DNA from: Planctomycetales bacterium
GTDB taxonomy: Bacteria; 4484-113
Reading direction: 5' to 3'
Assembly: GCA_030606285.1 (NCBI GenBank)
Contig: JAUWGS010000012.1
Span: 1-59,030 of the forward strand
DNA length: 59,030 nt
In this document: one piece after another, positions 28,234 through 37,971 of the stretch
Layout of the letters: each line of letters opens with the position of its first letter
How positions within the stretch are numbered: the first letter of the stretch is position 1
Position numbers and translations under genes: made by a program
Notes under the pieces: model-generated
Told to the model about the DNA's origin: nothing
The model's database searches: none
The model's input: the letters and a program-made list of their open reading frames with translations, nothing else

Positions 28234-29358
28234 CTAGCTGACCTGCCCCAGCCTGCTCTGTAGAAATTCGACGATAAGCTCTGCCGCATGGCCGTCACCA
28301 AACGGGTTCGGCGTATCCCTCGGCGGTATGCCACCGCTCCTCGTGCCCGCCAGGGCGTCCTCCATCTGATGCATTATGCGGTCGGCATCGGTGCCGATGA
28401 CGCGGGCGAATCCCGCTTCCACCGCTTCCGGACGCTCCGTACGCTCACGCAGCACCAGCACGAACTTCTCCAGGCCGCAGGCTTCCTCCTGGATGCCACC
28501 GGAGTCGGTGAGGATAAAGCGCGCGCCGTGCATCAAGTGCACAAACGCGGTGTAGGCGCAGGCGGGTGTCAGCAAGACGTTCGGCAGTTCGCCGACTAGC
28601 GGTTCCAAGCCTTCGCGCAGCACCGGGTTCGGGTGCAGGCAGATGATGATGCCGACGGCAGGGTTGGCGCGGGTGAAGCCCGCAATGCCGCCACCGATGC
28701 GCTGCAGGGGCTCGCCCCAGTTCTCGCGCCGGTGCGTGGTGACGACGACGTATTCGGGGAAGTTGGCGATGAAGTCTCTGGTGGCCTGAGGAAACTCCGG
28801 CTTCATCTCCAGGACCAGATTCACCGCGTCCACGACTGTGTTACCGGTGATGATTATCTCGCCGTCGGCCAGACCCTCGCGCCGCAGGTTCGCAGCCGCG
28901 CCGGGCGTGGGGCAGAAGTAGTAGTCGGTAAGCTCGTCTGCCAGGCGGCGGTTCATCTCCTCGGGAAAGGGCTGGAAGCGGTCGGATGTGCGCAGCCCCG
29001 CTTCCACGTGGCCGACGGGAATGCGGTTGTAGAATGCCGCCAGCGCGCCGGATAGGGTTGAAGTCGTGTCGCCGTGCACCAAAACGCAGTCGGGGCGCTC
29101 AGCGCGCAGTATCTCGCCAAGGCGTGCAAGCGTGCGCGTGAGGATCTCGTCAAGCTGCTGGCCCTCCTGCATTACGTCGAGGTCGTGCGCGGGCTTAAGC
29201 GCGAAAAGCTCCAGCACCTGGTCGAGCAGCTCCCGGTGCTGGCCGGTGACGATGAGAGTGTGGGTGAAGTCGGGCGAGGCGCCGAGCGCGCGGATGACGG
29301 GCGCCATCTTGATTGCTTCGGGGCGCGTCCCGAGTATTGTCGCAATCCTCACCCCCAC
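28234..29358 (-). CDS. wecB: UDP-N-acetylglucosamine 2-epimerase (non-hydrolysing)
   Basis: IATILGTRPEAIKMAPV, VLVHGDTTSTL, HVEAGLRT motifs. Confidence 0.85.
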   Translation of the reverse strand: MGVRIATILGTRPEAIKMAPVIRALGASPDFTHTLIVTGQHRELLDQVLELFALKPAHDLDVMQEGQQLDEILTRTLARLGEILRAERPDCVLVHGDTTSTLSGALAAFYNRIPVGHVEAGLRTSDRFQPFPEEMNRRLADELTDYYFCPTPGAAANLRREGLADGEIIITGNTVVDAVNLVLEMKPEFPQATRDFIANFPEYVVVTTHRRENWGEPLQRIGGGIAGFTRANPAVGIIICLHPNPVLREGLEPLVGELPNVLLTPACAYTAFVHLMHGARFILTDSGGIQEEACGLEKFVLVLRERTERPEAVEAGFARVIGTDADRIMHQMEDALAGTRSGGIPPRDTPNPFGDGHAAELIVEFLQSRLGQVS

Positions 29359-29411
29359 GGGGCTTATTGTAGCAGAGGGGGGAGGTTTGAGAAGCCCAGT
29401 AAAGGCAGTTT

Positions 29412-30407
29412 CTATGGAGCTAGTCCCTTAGCCTTAAGGTCTGGCAGTAGTCTCGTGTCGAATGTAGATAAACTGAAGAAGTTGTCCCCAATAACGGTTA
29501 GCAACCCTCTCAGCAGGCTATCCCAAGAAGGATGCCAGAATCCACGGCCATCCAGAAACACGTACAGATCGATCGTAGCTCTGGGATGACCGGAGTTATA
29601 CCTCGTAACGTCGCTAAAAGATGCTGTGATTTCTTCAAAATATCTCTTTTCGAATCCACCGCTCTTCCCCAGATAGAATGCACATTGAATCAGCACCTGC
29701 GGTGACGCAGCTTCAGGAAGGGCGAAATTCACTTTGCGAGCCGTGGGCAGCATAGTAATTCTTACGTCAGATGGATAGCCTCGTATGCTAGGGTTACTAA
29801 TCTTCCCTTCTGGCTCGAAGTTTGCCCCAGCCTCGTGTAGCTTTAAGGCGAGCGCATATTCGGCGAACTTGCCACGCTTGTTGGTTGCTTTTCCTCTCAC
29901 TAGAGGTTCAGCCAACGCTGTTAGGAAGGAGGGATTACGAGCTAAAGCGCGACAATGGTTACTGCTTGGCGGAATATATGTGAAGATACCGGCGCAAAAC
30001 CTCTCCAATAGCGCAACATTGCCATTGCTCCCATCAGCTATGAGTCTACTGGCCAAGCGGGAAATCCCACTCAATGACGGAGTGCGGGGTAGCCTTAGGT
30101 CGCCAGGGAGTTGAAACGAATGCTGCCCCAGAAACACTCCGAGTTGCACATCTATATCAGTCTTAGATAGACCATTAAGCACTACTAAGGCTTGGAGTGC
30201 AGAGCGAGTTGAAGGGGATAGCAAAACTCGGAAACGCCCGTTTCTCAGGTTGGCAACAAGTGGAGCCAACTCCCGAAGTCCTGTAGAGAGTTCACTGCGG
30301 AAGCTCTCCCTGAGTTGGGCGACAAACTCCTCCTCCACCGGGAGTCTAGGCGTTAAGCCATCTCTTAATTCAGCGATTCGAGCATCGATACGACTAGTAC
30401 GAGCCAT
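29412..30407 (-). CDS. Hypothetical protein, candidate restriction endonuclease partner of the adjacent methyltransferase
   Basis: 331 aa, no recognisable motifs; 9 nt downstream of the MTase gene in the same orientation; low-GC islet. Confidence 0.3.
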   Translation of the reverse strand: MARTSRIDARIAELRDGLTPRLPVEEEFVAQLRESFRSELSTGLRELAPLVANLRNGRFRVLLSPSTRSALQALVVLNGLSKTDIDVQLGVFLGQHSFQLPGDLRLPRTPSLSGISRLASRLIADGSNGNVALLERFCAGIFTYIPPSSNHCRALARNPSFLTALAEPLVRGKATNKRGKFAEYALALKLHEAGANFEPEGKISNPSIRGYPSDVRITMLPTARKVNFALPEAASPQVLIQCAFYLGKSGGFEKRYFEEITASFSDVTRYNSGHPRATIDLYVFLDGRGFWHPSWDSLLRGLLTVIGDNFFSLSTFDTRLLPDLKAKGLAP

Positions 30408-30415
30408 AAGGTTGT

Positions 30416-31819
30416 TTACCCCTTCTTAATCTTGTCTTCCAGCTTACGGATCAACTGCTGCACACCCAATTCAAGCACAGATGCTTTCCCCCCGTCAAGG
30501 AAAGACCGCCTAAGATTCCTGAATTCATCTCCAAGCCTCTTCTGCCTACGCAAACTGTAACAAGGCACCTTCAACTTCCGCAGTTGCGTCTTATTGATGC
30601 TGACAGTTCCAACACCATGTTTCATTGCTTCAATCTGGATTCTCCCAGCGCTAGTATGCATGAATAGATGAAGGAACGCAGCATCATATTGCTTTAGTCT
30701 AATGATGTGCAGGTAGTCGGTGGCAACTCCGATGTCTCTATCACTCAGAATAGGAGCTGTCTTACCAGCGCTGCCCACGCCCACCCGGCAAAAGACAAGG
30801 TCGCCAACGCGTGTCGTCGCACGCTCACTGTCCATCAGCGAACCCGGCTTGATGTACCGAGGATCTTTTAAGTAATCAACCCCTAGGACAGTGAGATTGG
30901 TTGCGTGAAGAAAGCGCTTTCCGCTCTTGCTGAAGCGTCTATCCGCACCGTACAGAGTACGCCCGCTAGTAATGTCACTGGTAATCTCTTCGAGATTCAT
31001 CCACTCGCATTTAAATTCACGGTCAAGAGACGTAGCAGGTTTGGCGGTGACCGGTAATCCTTCCACGAAATCTCCAGATGACAGAATAGTCGTTCTAGCG
31101 CGATTAGGGCTGTCGTATTCAACCAACCTGATCCTATCCCGAACATGTCCTGAAAAAGGGCGCTTACGAAGCACAACCGCCGCTGTTTTCGCTGTTGTGT
31201 AATCAAACGTGTCTCTAGGTAGTCTCAGCACAGTAAGGACTTGACATACATCTGTCATATGACTGCGCACGTACTTGTCACGAAGATTCGTGACCGCGCC
31301 CTCAGGCAGTACGATGCCAATGTACCCACCGGAAGAGCATAGCCTGATAAACCTCTCAAGGAATAGAACTTCGATTGGCTGAGAAGAACGGCCTACTCCT
31401 AAATGGTACTGGTTTAGCACTCTGGGGTCGTTGATACGGTCATACCAAGCGCTGAACGGCGGGTTCCCAACTACAAGGTCGTACTTGAAATCTGCAAGGA
31501 TTCGCCTTGCTTTAGAATCGTGCGACTCGATGTCAAGCGTATCAGCGCAAACGAAGTTGCTCCGCCCGAAACTAGAAGCACAGTGAGCAACCCATCTTTT
31601 GTCAATATCAGCCCCGAATAAGCTTACATGCGGCCACCTTTCACTTACAGCCTTTAGAAAAGTCCCGCTGCCAACAGCCGGGTCAACGGCTCTCTGGAAA
31701 ATGACACTCGGCACTTCATCGAGGATTGCGGAAACGACCCATGTAGGCGTAAAGTACTGATTATGTGGCTGCCTATGCGGCCGTTCTCTGGTGGTTAGCT
31801 TAGCATCCATCTGGACCAA
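30416..31819 (-). CDS. Gamma-class N6-adenine DNA methyltransferase with fused C-terminal target-recognition domain (TaqI-like)
   Basis: Motif order FxGxG (DPAVGSGTF) then NPPF (VVGNPPFSAW) is gamma class; C-terminal roughly 200 aa resembles an HsdS-type TRD; low GC. Confidence 0.7.
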   Translation of the reverse strand: MVQMDAKLTTRERPHRQPHNQYFTPTWVVSAILDEVPSVIFQRAVDPAVGSGTFLKAVSERWPHVSLFGADIDKRWVAHCASSFGRSNFVCADTLDIESHDSKARRILADFKYDLVVGNPPFSAWYDRINDPRVLNQYHLGVGRSSQPIEVLFLERFIRLCSSGGYIGIVLPEGAVTNLRDKYVRSHMTDVCQVLTVLRLPRDTFDYTTAKTAAVVLRKRPFSGHVRDRIRLVEYDSPNRARTTILSSGDFVEGLPVTAKPATSLDREFKCEWMNLEEITSDITSGRTLYGADRRFSKSGKRFLHATNLTVLGVDYLKDPRYIKPGSLMDSERATTRVGDLVFCRVGVGSAGKTAPILSDRDIGVATDYLHIIRLKQYDAAFLHLFMHTSAGRIQIEAMKHGVGTVSINKTQLRKLKVPCYSLRRQKRLGDEFRNLRRSFLDGGKASVLELGVQQLIRKLEDKIKKG

Positions 31820-31873
31820 TTATAGCGGATATTTAGCTAGGTACACAAGCGAGATGTACCTTACAATACATAT

Positions 31874-32269
31874 ATGGAGATTAACCGAGAAGACGTTATT
31901 GAGCTGCTATCTTCTTTTGCTGACGCGCTTGGGAATCTTGCGGAATTCGGGGAGGCTTATATCACGCACGCTTCCCATATTCTCGACAGCAAAGTAGGCT
32001 ATATCTGGCTTGAGACTTGGACGCCAGCCTGCGTTGAGTGTAATGAAGAGCTAACCCGTGAGATGATTGAGTTGGACGAGCTGGGAGAATACAGCGAAGC
32101 AACCACGCTACTGCTTGCTGAATACGAACATCTGGCATGGGAGGACGCGAAGAAGTTAGCACAAGCTATGGATGGTGAACTACTGACCGTTCACTGGGTG
32201 GAGAAGGAAGGCATCTCAGAGCAGCAGTCGGCCGCCCTAATACTGCTGGATAAGATCAAGGAGCGTTAG
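31874..32269 (+). CDS. Hypothetical acidic protein
   Basis: 131 aa, D/E-rich, no motif recognised. Confidence 0.35.
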   Translation: MEINREDVIELLSSFADALGNLAEFGEAYITHASHILDSKVGYIWLETWTPACVECNEELTREMIELDELGEYSEATTLLLAEYEHLAWEDAKKLAQAMDGELLTVHWVEKEGISEQQSAALILLDKIKER

Positions 32270-32319
32270 CCGGAATAGCCGGGCTGGTGAGCCCGGCGTA
32301 CTCCTGTTGGTCCGTCCCC

Positions 32320-33101
32320 CTACCCGCTCCAGCGGGCAATCATATCCGGGAGCCAATCGGTGAAGGCTTGGGCGACCGCCTTGTTGCCTGCCTCATTGGG
32401 ATGAGAGTCGCTTTCGCTTTTGCGGTATTCGGCGCGCAAAAAACCGTCGCCGTCCGCAAGCACGCCGAAGCAGTCAAACACCGCGATGTTGCGCTCGTTC
32501 GGCGCCCAGTCTTTTTGCAGCCAGTCGCAGAAGGCGCGCTTGCGCCTGGCGTTTTGCGCGGTGGTTTTGGCTGACACGAGCGGCGGCGCGGTCCACGCTA
32601 CGAACAGCACTTCGGGATGCTTCGCGAACATCGGCTTTAGCTTGTTGTAGTATCCCTTGTAGTCGGCGAGCATCTTGTCAGACGAGATGTTGCTTGCGGG
32701 ATAGCAGCTCTTGAACGCGACAATTTCGTGGCGGTCGGCGCCGGTAAGGTCCCACGCAAGCACTTCGTCCATATGCTCGCCGAACGTGACCGGGAAGTGG
32801 TCGGCATTGGTATTGTCGCCGATCCAGCCGTCGCCGTAGGTGATGTCGAACACCGAAAGCCCCAGCTCTTCGAGCTTGCGCCACATCCCGCCCTGCTTCA
32901 GGAAGCCGTTGCCGCAGGAATGGTGCAGATACACGATGCTCATCCCCTCGATGCTCTCCTCCGTCCATGCGGGAGCCGCCGTGCTGCGCAACTCCAGGCC
33001 TTGGGAGCCATCCTGCTGCTTTGCCTGACCGCGGCAGGTGGACGCGCAGCAGAACAGCACCGCCACGCATAGCATTGCGAACCAGAAGACGATACGCATA
33101 A
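32320..33101 (-). CDS. Secreted hypothetical hydrolase (weak SGNH-like features)
   Basis: Start revised to ATG 33101 (RBS ggaggaggg); signal peptide MRIVFWFAMLCVAVLFCCA; C-terminal DSHPN resembles SGNH block V. Confidence 0.45.
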
Positions 33102-33225
33102 TCCCTCCTCCCGTGTGTCGATGATTATAGCCAGTCTCGCGCCTGCTGCAAATTGCAGCCCTCCAGCAGTACCTGCTATACTCTAGTAAGTGCCAGGACG
33201 GACGCACTGCAGTAAGGAGACCTTT

Positions 33226-33432
33226 ATGCTCAAGAAACTGGGGAGACTAGTAGTGGGTGCCAGTTTGGCTTTCGCTACTTATGCTCTCACACCATTAGCT
33301 TCCGCTATCGTCTTTATTGCCGCAGTAGGCGCATTTAGCGCGCTGTCAGACTCCAAGCACACTGCCAAGGGCAAGCGTGCCCGCGCCAGTAAGAGCGACA
33401 ACACGAACTCCACTCCTAAGGATACAAGCTGA
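33226..33432 (+). CDS. Small membrane protein, hypothetical
   Basis: RBS taaggaga; 68 aa with one TM helix and a basic C-terminal tail. Confidence 0.4.
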   Translation: MLKKLGRLVVGASLAFATYALTPLASAIVFIAAVGAFSALSDSKHTAKGKRARASKSDNTNSTPKDTS

Positions 33433-33494
33433 GCATCGTCTTAGGCTACTGGACTTTACCCGACCGCAGCTGGTTTCTCTGCTAGAATCAGCGT

Positions 33495-34343
33495 ATGGAG
33501 AAGATCTGGGACGACCTTATCCGGATGGCGCTGAAGGAGGATGTCGGCGACGGCGATCTTACCAGCGAACTCCTCATCCCGCACGACCACCGCAGCCGGG
33601 CGGCGATGTGCGCGAAGGCGCCCGGCATCGTTTCAGGCCTGTCGCTGGCGATGCGGGTATTCGAGCTGCTGGACGAAAGCGTGGAGATTGTGTTGCACTG
33701 CGACGACGGGGACTACGTAAAGCCGGGAGACTGCGTGGCGGAGTTCACCGCGCATACGCGCAAGCTGCTGGCGGGCGAGCGGCTGGCGCTGAACTTCGTG
33801 ATGTGGCTTTCGGGCATCGCCACCGCAACGTACGAGCTGCAGGAGAAGCTGCGCCAGGCGGGTGTGAAGACCCGCGTGACCGACACGCGCAAGACGATTC
33901 CGCTATGGCGGTTCGCCCAGAAGAAGGCGGTGCGGCACGGCGGCGGCGTGAACCACCGGATGTCGCTGTCCGACGCGATACTGATAAAGGACAACCACCT
34001 GAGCTTCTATCCCGAAACCCCGGAAGCGGTACGGCGCGTAAAAGCGCAGAAGCGGATTGTGGACCTGATTGAGGTGGAGATTACCGAGCCCGCGCAGGTT
34101 GAGCCGATGATTGACGCGGGCGCCGACATCCTGCTGCTGGACAATATGACGCCGGAACAGGTGCGTGAATGCGTGAAGCTGGCAGGCGGGCGGGCGCGCA
34201 TCGAAGTCTCAGGCGGCGTCAGACCGGAAAACATAATGGACTACGCCATCGAGGGCGTGGACGTGATTTCGCTGGGCTACGTGACGCATTCCGCGCCGGC
34301 GCTGGATTTCTCGATGAAGATTACCGGCGAGGTGGCCGACTGA
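33495..34343 (+). CDS. nadC: Nicotinate-nucleotide pyrophosphorylase (carboxylating) / quinolinate phosphoribosyltransferase
   Basis: ALKEDVGDGDLTS, RKTIPLWR, ILLDNM motifs of NadC. Confidence 0.85.
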   Translation: MEKIWDDLIRMALKEDVGDGDLTSELLIPHDHRSRAAMCAKAPGIVSGLSLAMRVFELLDESVEIVLHCDDGDYVKPGDCVAEFTAHTRKLLAGERLALNFVMWLSGIATATYELQEKLRQAGVKTRVTDTRKTIPLWRFAQKKAVRHGGGVNHRMSLSDAILIKDNHLSFYPETPEAVRRVKAQKRIVDLIEVEITEPAQVEPMIDAGADILLLDNMTPEQVRECVKLAGGRARIEVSGGVRPENIMDYAIEGVDVISLGYVTHSAPALDFSMKITGEVAD

Positions 34344-35107
34344 TGCTGCTGGTCGTTGACATCGGCAACAGCAACATCGTCATCGGCGTGTGGCGTAACG
34401 GCGAGCTGGAGCATCGCTTCCGCATCACCACGCGGCATGACGCCACGAGCGACGAGTACGTGGGATTGCTGCGCAGCCTGTTCACCCCGGACTGGCTCAG
34501 CGGCCAGCACTTCATCGGCGCGGTTATGAGCAGCGTGGTGCCACCGCTGTTGCCACGAATGACTAAGGTCATCGAGCGCCTTACGGGCCACGAGCCGCTG
34601 GTGGTGGGCCCGGGCGTCAAGACCGGCCTGAACATACTTTACGAAAACCCGCGCGAAGTGGGCGCGGACCGCATCGTCAACAGCGTGGGCGCGCTGGCGC
34701 AGCACGAGCCGCCGCTGATCGTGGTGGATTTCGGCACGGCGACAACGTTTGACGTGCTGCAGCCGCCGGCGGACTACCTGGGCGGTGCTATCGCGCCGGG
34801 GATTGACATTTCGCGGGAGGCGCTTTCGGAGCGCGCGGCGAAGCTGCCGCTGGTGGAGCTTGCGCTGCCGGACGACCCGGTGGGGCGCACGACGGTGGAG
34901 AGCATCCGCAGCGGCGTGCTGTGGGGGCACGGCGCGATGGTGGACGGGCTTATTGCACATATCGAAGAGCGGCAGGGCTTCACCGCGAAAATCGTCGCTA
35001 CCGGCGGCTTCGGCGAGCTTATGCGCCGCGCATGCAAGCGCATCGAACTCGTCGACCCGAACCTCACGCTCCTCGGCCTGCGCATCATCTGGGAGAAGAA
35101 TCAGTAG
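34343..35107 (+). CDS. coaX: Type III pantothenate kinase
   Basis: MLLVVDIGNSNIVIGVW..., VVDFGTATTFD, GGFGELM; ATG overlaps nadC TGA (TGATG). Confidence 0.85.
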   Translation: MLLVVDIGNSNIVIGVWRNGELEHRFRITTRHDATSDEYVGLLRSLFTPDWLSGQHFIGAVMSSVVPPLLPRMTKVIERLTGHEPLVVGPGVKTGLNILYENPREVGADRIVNSVGALAQHEPPLIVVDFGTATTFDVLQPPADYLGGAIAPGIDISREALSERAAKLPLVELALPDDPVGRTTVESIRSGVLWGHGAMVDGLIAHIEERQGFTAKIVATGGFGELMRRACKRIELVDPNLTLLGLRIIWEKNQ

Positions 35108-35118
35108 GGGTTATCTGC

Positions 35119-36879
35119 CTAGTTCTCCTTACTACCTTCCTTAAGCCCTAGCTTCTTCCGCACATTCTCAACCAGCGGTGCGAATTCAGGATCGTCCTTG
35201 TAGGGTTCGAAGGCTGCGAAAACTGTATCTGGTTTGTCAACTTTAAAGCTCTCTCCCGATAGCACTTCTTGAACCTGAAGCTCGCTAATAGCTTTTTTCC
35301 GCTTCTTTTGCGCGGCCAGTGTAGCTGCTAGAATGATGTGGGGCCCCGCCTGCGAACGCAGTTTCTCATCGCCATCTAAAGCTCTCCGCAGCGATGCTTC
35401 AGCCTCTTCGAATCGCTTCGCACAGAAGAGCAGTTCCCCTTGACTTGCATAGGCTTCGTAGTAGTCGGGCTTGAGCTTCACCGCTTCCGCACACTTCTCT
35501 AGTGCTTCGTCATACTTGCCCAGCACTCCCAGCGCGATGCCCCAATTGTTGTAGGCTATAGCATACTCGGGCTTGTGCTTCACCGCTTCTGCGTACTTTT
35601 CGCACTCCTCTTTGTACTTGCCCAAGTTCCCCAGCGCTACACCCCAGTTGGAGTAGGCTTGGTGGTCGTCTGGCTTGTGCTTCACCGCTTCGGCATACTT
35701 CTCACATGCTTCCTCGTGCTTGCCAAGCATGGAAAGCGCAGTGCCCCAGTTGTAGTAGGCTTCAGCGTAATCGTGCTTGTGCTTCACTGCTTGTGCAAGC
35801 TTCTCACACGCTTCCTCATACCGGCCCAGCTTCCCTAGCGGCACGGCCCAGTTATTGTAAGCCACCGCATAATCGGGCTTGTGCTTCACCGCTTCTGCGT
35901 ATTTTTCGCACCCCTCTTTGTACTTGCCCAAGTTCCCCAGCGCTACACCCCAGTTGGAGTAGGCTTGGTGGTCGTCTGGCTTGTGCTTCACCGCTTCGGC
36001 ATACTTCTCACATGCTTCCTCGTCGCGGCCTAGCATGGAAAGCGCAGTGCCCCAGCAGAACCATAACCGCTCATCCTCGCTGTTATCAGCTTGGATGCTC
36101 TCCGCAATACTCACTGTGATGGCATGAGCATCCCTATAATGAGCAGTCAGCAAGTCGCGTATTGAGTACTTCCGCGGCTTCGAAAGCTCAGCAGCATATG
36201 CAGGTGCGGTGCTCTCAATCCGCTTTCGCAGGTTTTCTTTCAAGTCCTTAATTTGGGGAAGAACGTCACTCGCCAGAACTCTCCTTAGTAACTCCTCACT
36301 GGCCTTATCGAGAGCTCGCTTCTGCTTTTTCCGCACTCCTGGCGCCAAAGCGGTATACTCGCGGAGGTCGTCAAGCTCCTTCTTAGTCTCTGCGAGCTCC
36401 TTTTCCGTTCGAGTAAGCTGCAAAACAGGGCTCGGTGAATATGGTTTTATAAGAACATCCAGCACAGCATCAGTGCCTTCATCACTGGCCCTGAGAGCTT
36501 CAAGCAAGAGGCGCCATTCTTCGGCTTGCGACAAGTCGTAGTAGTGGTATGCTTTGAATCTCTCAGAAGGCATGTCCGGCCCAAGCTTAACAACTAACGG
36601 TGCTCTATTCTCGTGGCAGGACTGGAAGTCTTCCAACTCCTGAAGGCATCTTGGCCTGTCATCCCAGCTTTTGCTGTATAGGAGTAGGAACTCACGGCAG
36701 CAGTCAACTGCCCCTGAAGTCTCCCTCTCGATATGACCGCTGACCAGGTGAATCGGATCGAACCAGGGAGAGATCCCGGCGAATCTAAGGACGACGTAAA
36801 GCGCCTTCGCTGCCGCACCATGCGTATCTTTGTGATAGCTGATAAAGCAATCGTATTCGCGTTCTTTCTTCTCGTCCAT
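35119..36879 (-). CDS. TIR-domain protein with coiled-coil and multi-TPR array (candidate NADase-type defence effector)
   Basis: Start ATG 36879 (RBS gggagg); N-terminus EYDCFISYHKD...ALYVVLRFAGISPWFD is a TIR fold; at least 9 TPR units (AEAVKHKPDxxxAYxNWGxALGxLGKYxE); DNA-level near-identical 190-bp tandem repeats with 306-bp period. Confidence 0.75.
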   Translation of the reverse strand: MDEKKEREYDCFISYHKDTHGAAAKALYVVLRFAGISPWFDPIHLVSGHIERETSGAVDCCREFLLLYSKSWDDRPRCLQELEDFQSCHENRAPLVVKLGPDMPSERFKAYHYYDLSQAEEWRLLLEALRASDEGTDAVLDVLIKPYSPSPVLQLTRTEKELAETKKELDDLREYTALAPGVRKKQKRALDKASEELLRRVLASDVLPQIKDLKENLRKRIESTAPAYAAELSKPRKYSIRDLLTAHYRDAHAITVSIAESIQADNSEDERLWFCWGTALSMLGRDEEACEKYAEAVKHKPDDHQAYSNWGVALGNLGKYKEGCEKYAEAVKHKPDYAVAYNNWAVPLGKLGRYEEACEKLAQAVKHKHDYAEAYYNWGTALSMLGKHEEACEKYAEAVKHKPDDHQAYSNWGVALGNLGKYKEECEKYAEAVKHKPEYAIAYNNWGIALGVLGKYDEALEKCAEAVKLKPDYYEAYASQGELLFCAKRFEEAEASLRRALDGDEKLRSQAGPHIILAATLAAQKKRKKAISELQVQEVLSGESFKVDKPDTVFAAFEPYKDDPEFAPLVENVRKKLGLKEGSKEN

Positions 36880-36970
36880 GGAGCTGACCTCCCACTGCAA
36901 TTATAGCCCAATAGGTGACAGTTAGGCTTTTGCAGTCTACAAGCCCTTCAATATCCGGTCGAAGTCTAAA

Positions 36971-37000
36971 CGGCGGGGCGCAGAGACCCCGCCCTACAGG
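36971..37000. repeat. Hairpin-CTACAR unit overlapping the 3' end of the HicB-like gene
   Basis: cggcggggcgcagagaccccgcc+ctacagg; the CTA of ctacag is the TAG stop (minus strand) of the CDS. Confidence 0.45.
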
Positions 37001-37218
37001 GGAACCGGTACGCAGGGCATGTCTTTTTTCTGTTCCCGATACGCTTCAATCATCTCGTCCAGGGCGTCTTCGAGCATCTCCCGACACTCTTCGAGGGTTT
37101 TTCCTTCGGTCACAACTTCCGGCCATTCCAGCAGCTGCCCCATGTAGCCCTCGGAGAGCTCAACGTACTTCGCGGTGAAAAGGTGGACGTTACGCCTAGC
37201 TGTTGTTCGCTTCACCAT
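36994..37218 (-). CDS. HicB-family antitoxin-like protein (UPF0150), no adjacent HicA
   Basis: YVELSEGYMGQLLEWPEVVTEGKTLEECREMLEDALDEMIEAY matches the HicB/UPF0150 consensus; start taken at MVKR. Confidence 0.5.
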   Translation of the reverse strand: MVKRTTARRNVHLFTAKYVELSEGYMGQLLEWPEVVTEGKTLEECREMLEDALDEMIEAYREQKKDMPCVPVPL

Positions 37219-37309
37219 AACCAGGAGTAAGTATACCCTCGCGCCAACCCGTATGTCTATTCGGAGTGCAGGAAGCTTGCGGCTACGCACGCCCGGATAC
37301 GATTACAGC

Positions 37310-37942
37310 TCACAGCTTTTTGTATATCCTATCGAAGTCGGCGGTGCCGACGAGGACCATCTGGACGACGCGGTCGCGGATGAGGACGAATATCAGGTTC
37401 GAGTTGCCGCGCCGGTAGGCTACGCGGCGCTTCATCCCCACCTGCTGCCGCGAAAGAGGCTCCTGCTCGTAGGCGTCGCGGAGCTCATCGTAGGTGGAGC
37501 CGAGCGTTATGCCCTCTGCGGTCTTCACACCGGGATACCTGGCGCGGAAGCCGACGACGAGTTCGGCGTATTCGGGCTCCTCATACACGCGCTTGAACTT
37601 CTCGACTCCGGGAGCGCCTCCGGGCGAGAATGCTGAACGCTCGTAGGTTAAGCTGCAAATACGGATGACGTCAACGCGCCCGTCGAAGTCGAAGTCCTGC
37701 AACGCAACTGTGATGTCCGCCTCGTCGTCTCTGCAGCAAAAGGCGCCGCGCACGACGGACGTGTGCACGCTTGCGTCAGCGAACTTAATCACCTCGCGCA
37801 TCGCATCACGCGCGGTTTCGAGCCGGTCGCTGATGTGCGCGCCCAGGCCAAAGCTCTCGTCGGCGAATCCCGACGGTGCGCATGACGCAAGCAGGAGCGC
37901 AAGCGCGTGTGCAAGCAGTTTGTGAGCCTGAAACGGCTTCAC
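37310..37942 (-). CDS. Lipoprotein, hypothetical
   Basis: 210 aa; lipobox LLLASCAPSG. Confidence 0.5.
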   Translation of the reverse strand: MKPFQAHKLLAHALALLLASCAPSGFADESFGLGAHISDRLETARDAMREVIKFADASVHTSVVRGAFCCRDDEADITVALQDFDFDGRVDVIRICSLTYERSAFSPGGAPGVEKFKRVYEEPEYAELVVGFRARYPGVKTAEGITLGSTYDELRDAYEQEPLSRQQVGMKRRVAYRRGNSNLIFVLIRDRVVQMVLVGTADFDRIYKKL

Positions 37943-37971
37943 TTTATCTATCCGTTCTCAGATAGCGGCTG

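Noticed and set aside
34169-35107. Extended coaX ORF starting at 34169
   Set aside because: Conserved CoaX proteins begin MLLVVDIGNS. The extension overlaps nadC in another frame.
36994-37290. 98-aa version of the HicB-like ORF starting MRSRK
   Set aside because: The N-terminal 24 residues have no RBS and do not belong to the HicB fold, so a shorter start at MVKR is preferred. Even that lacks a strong RBS, and confidence is kept low.
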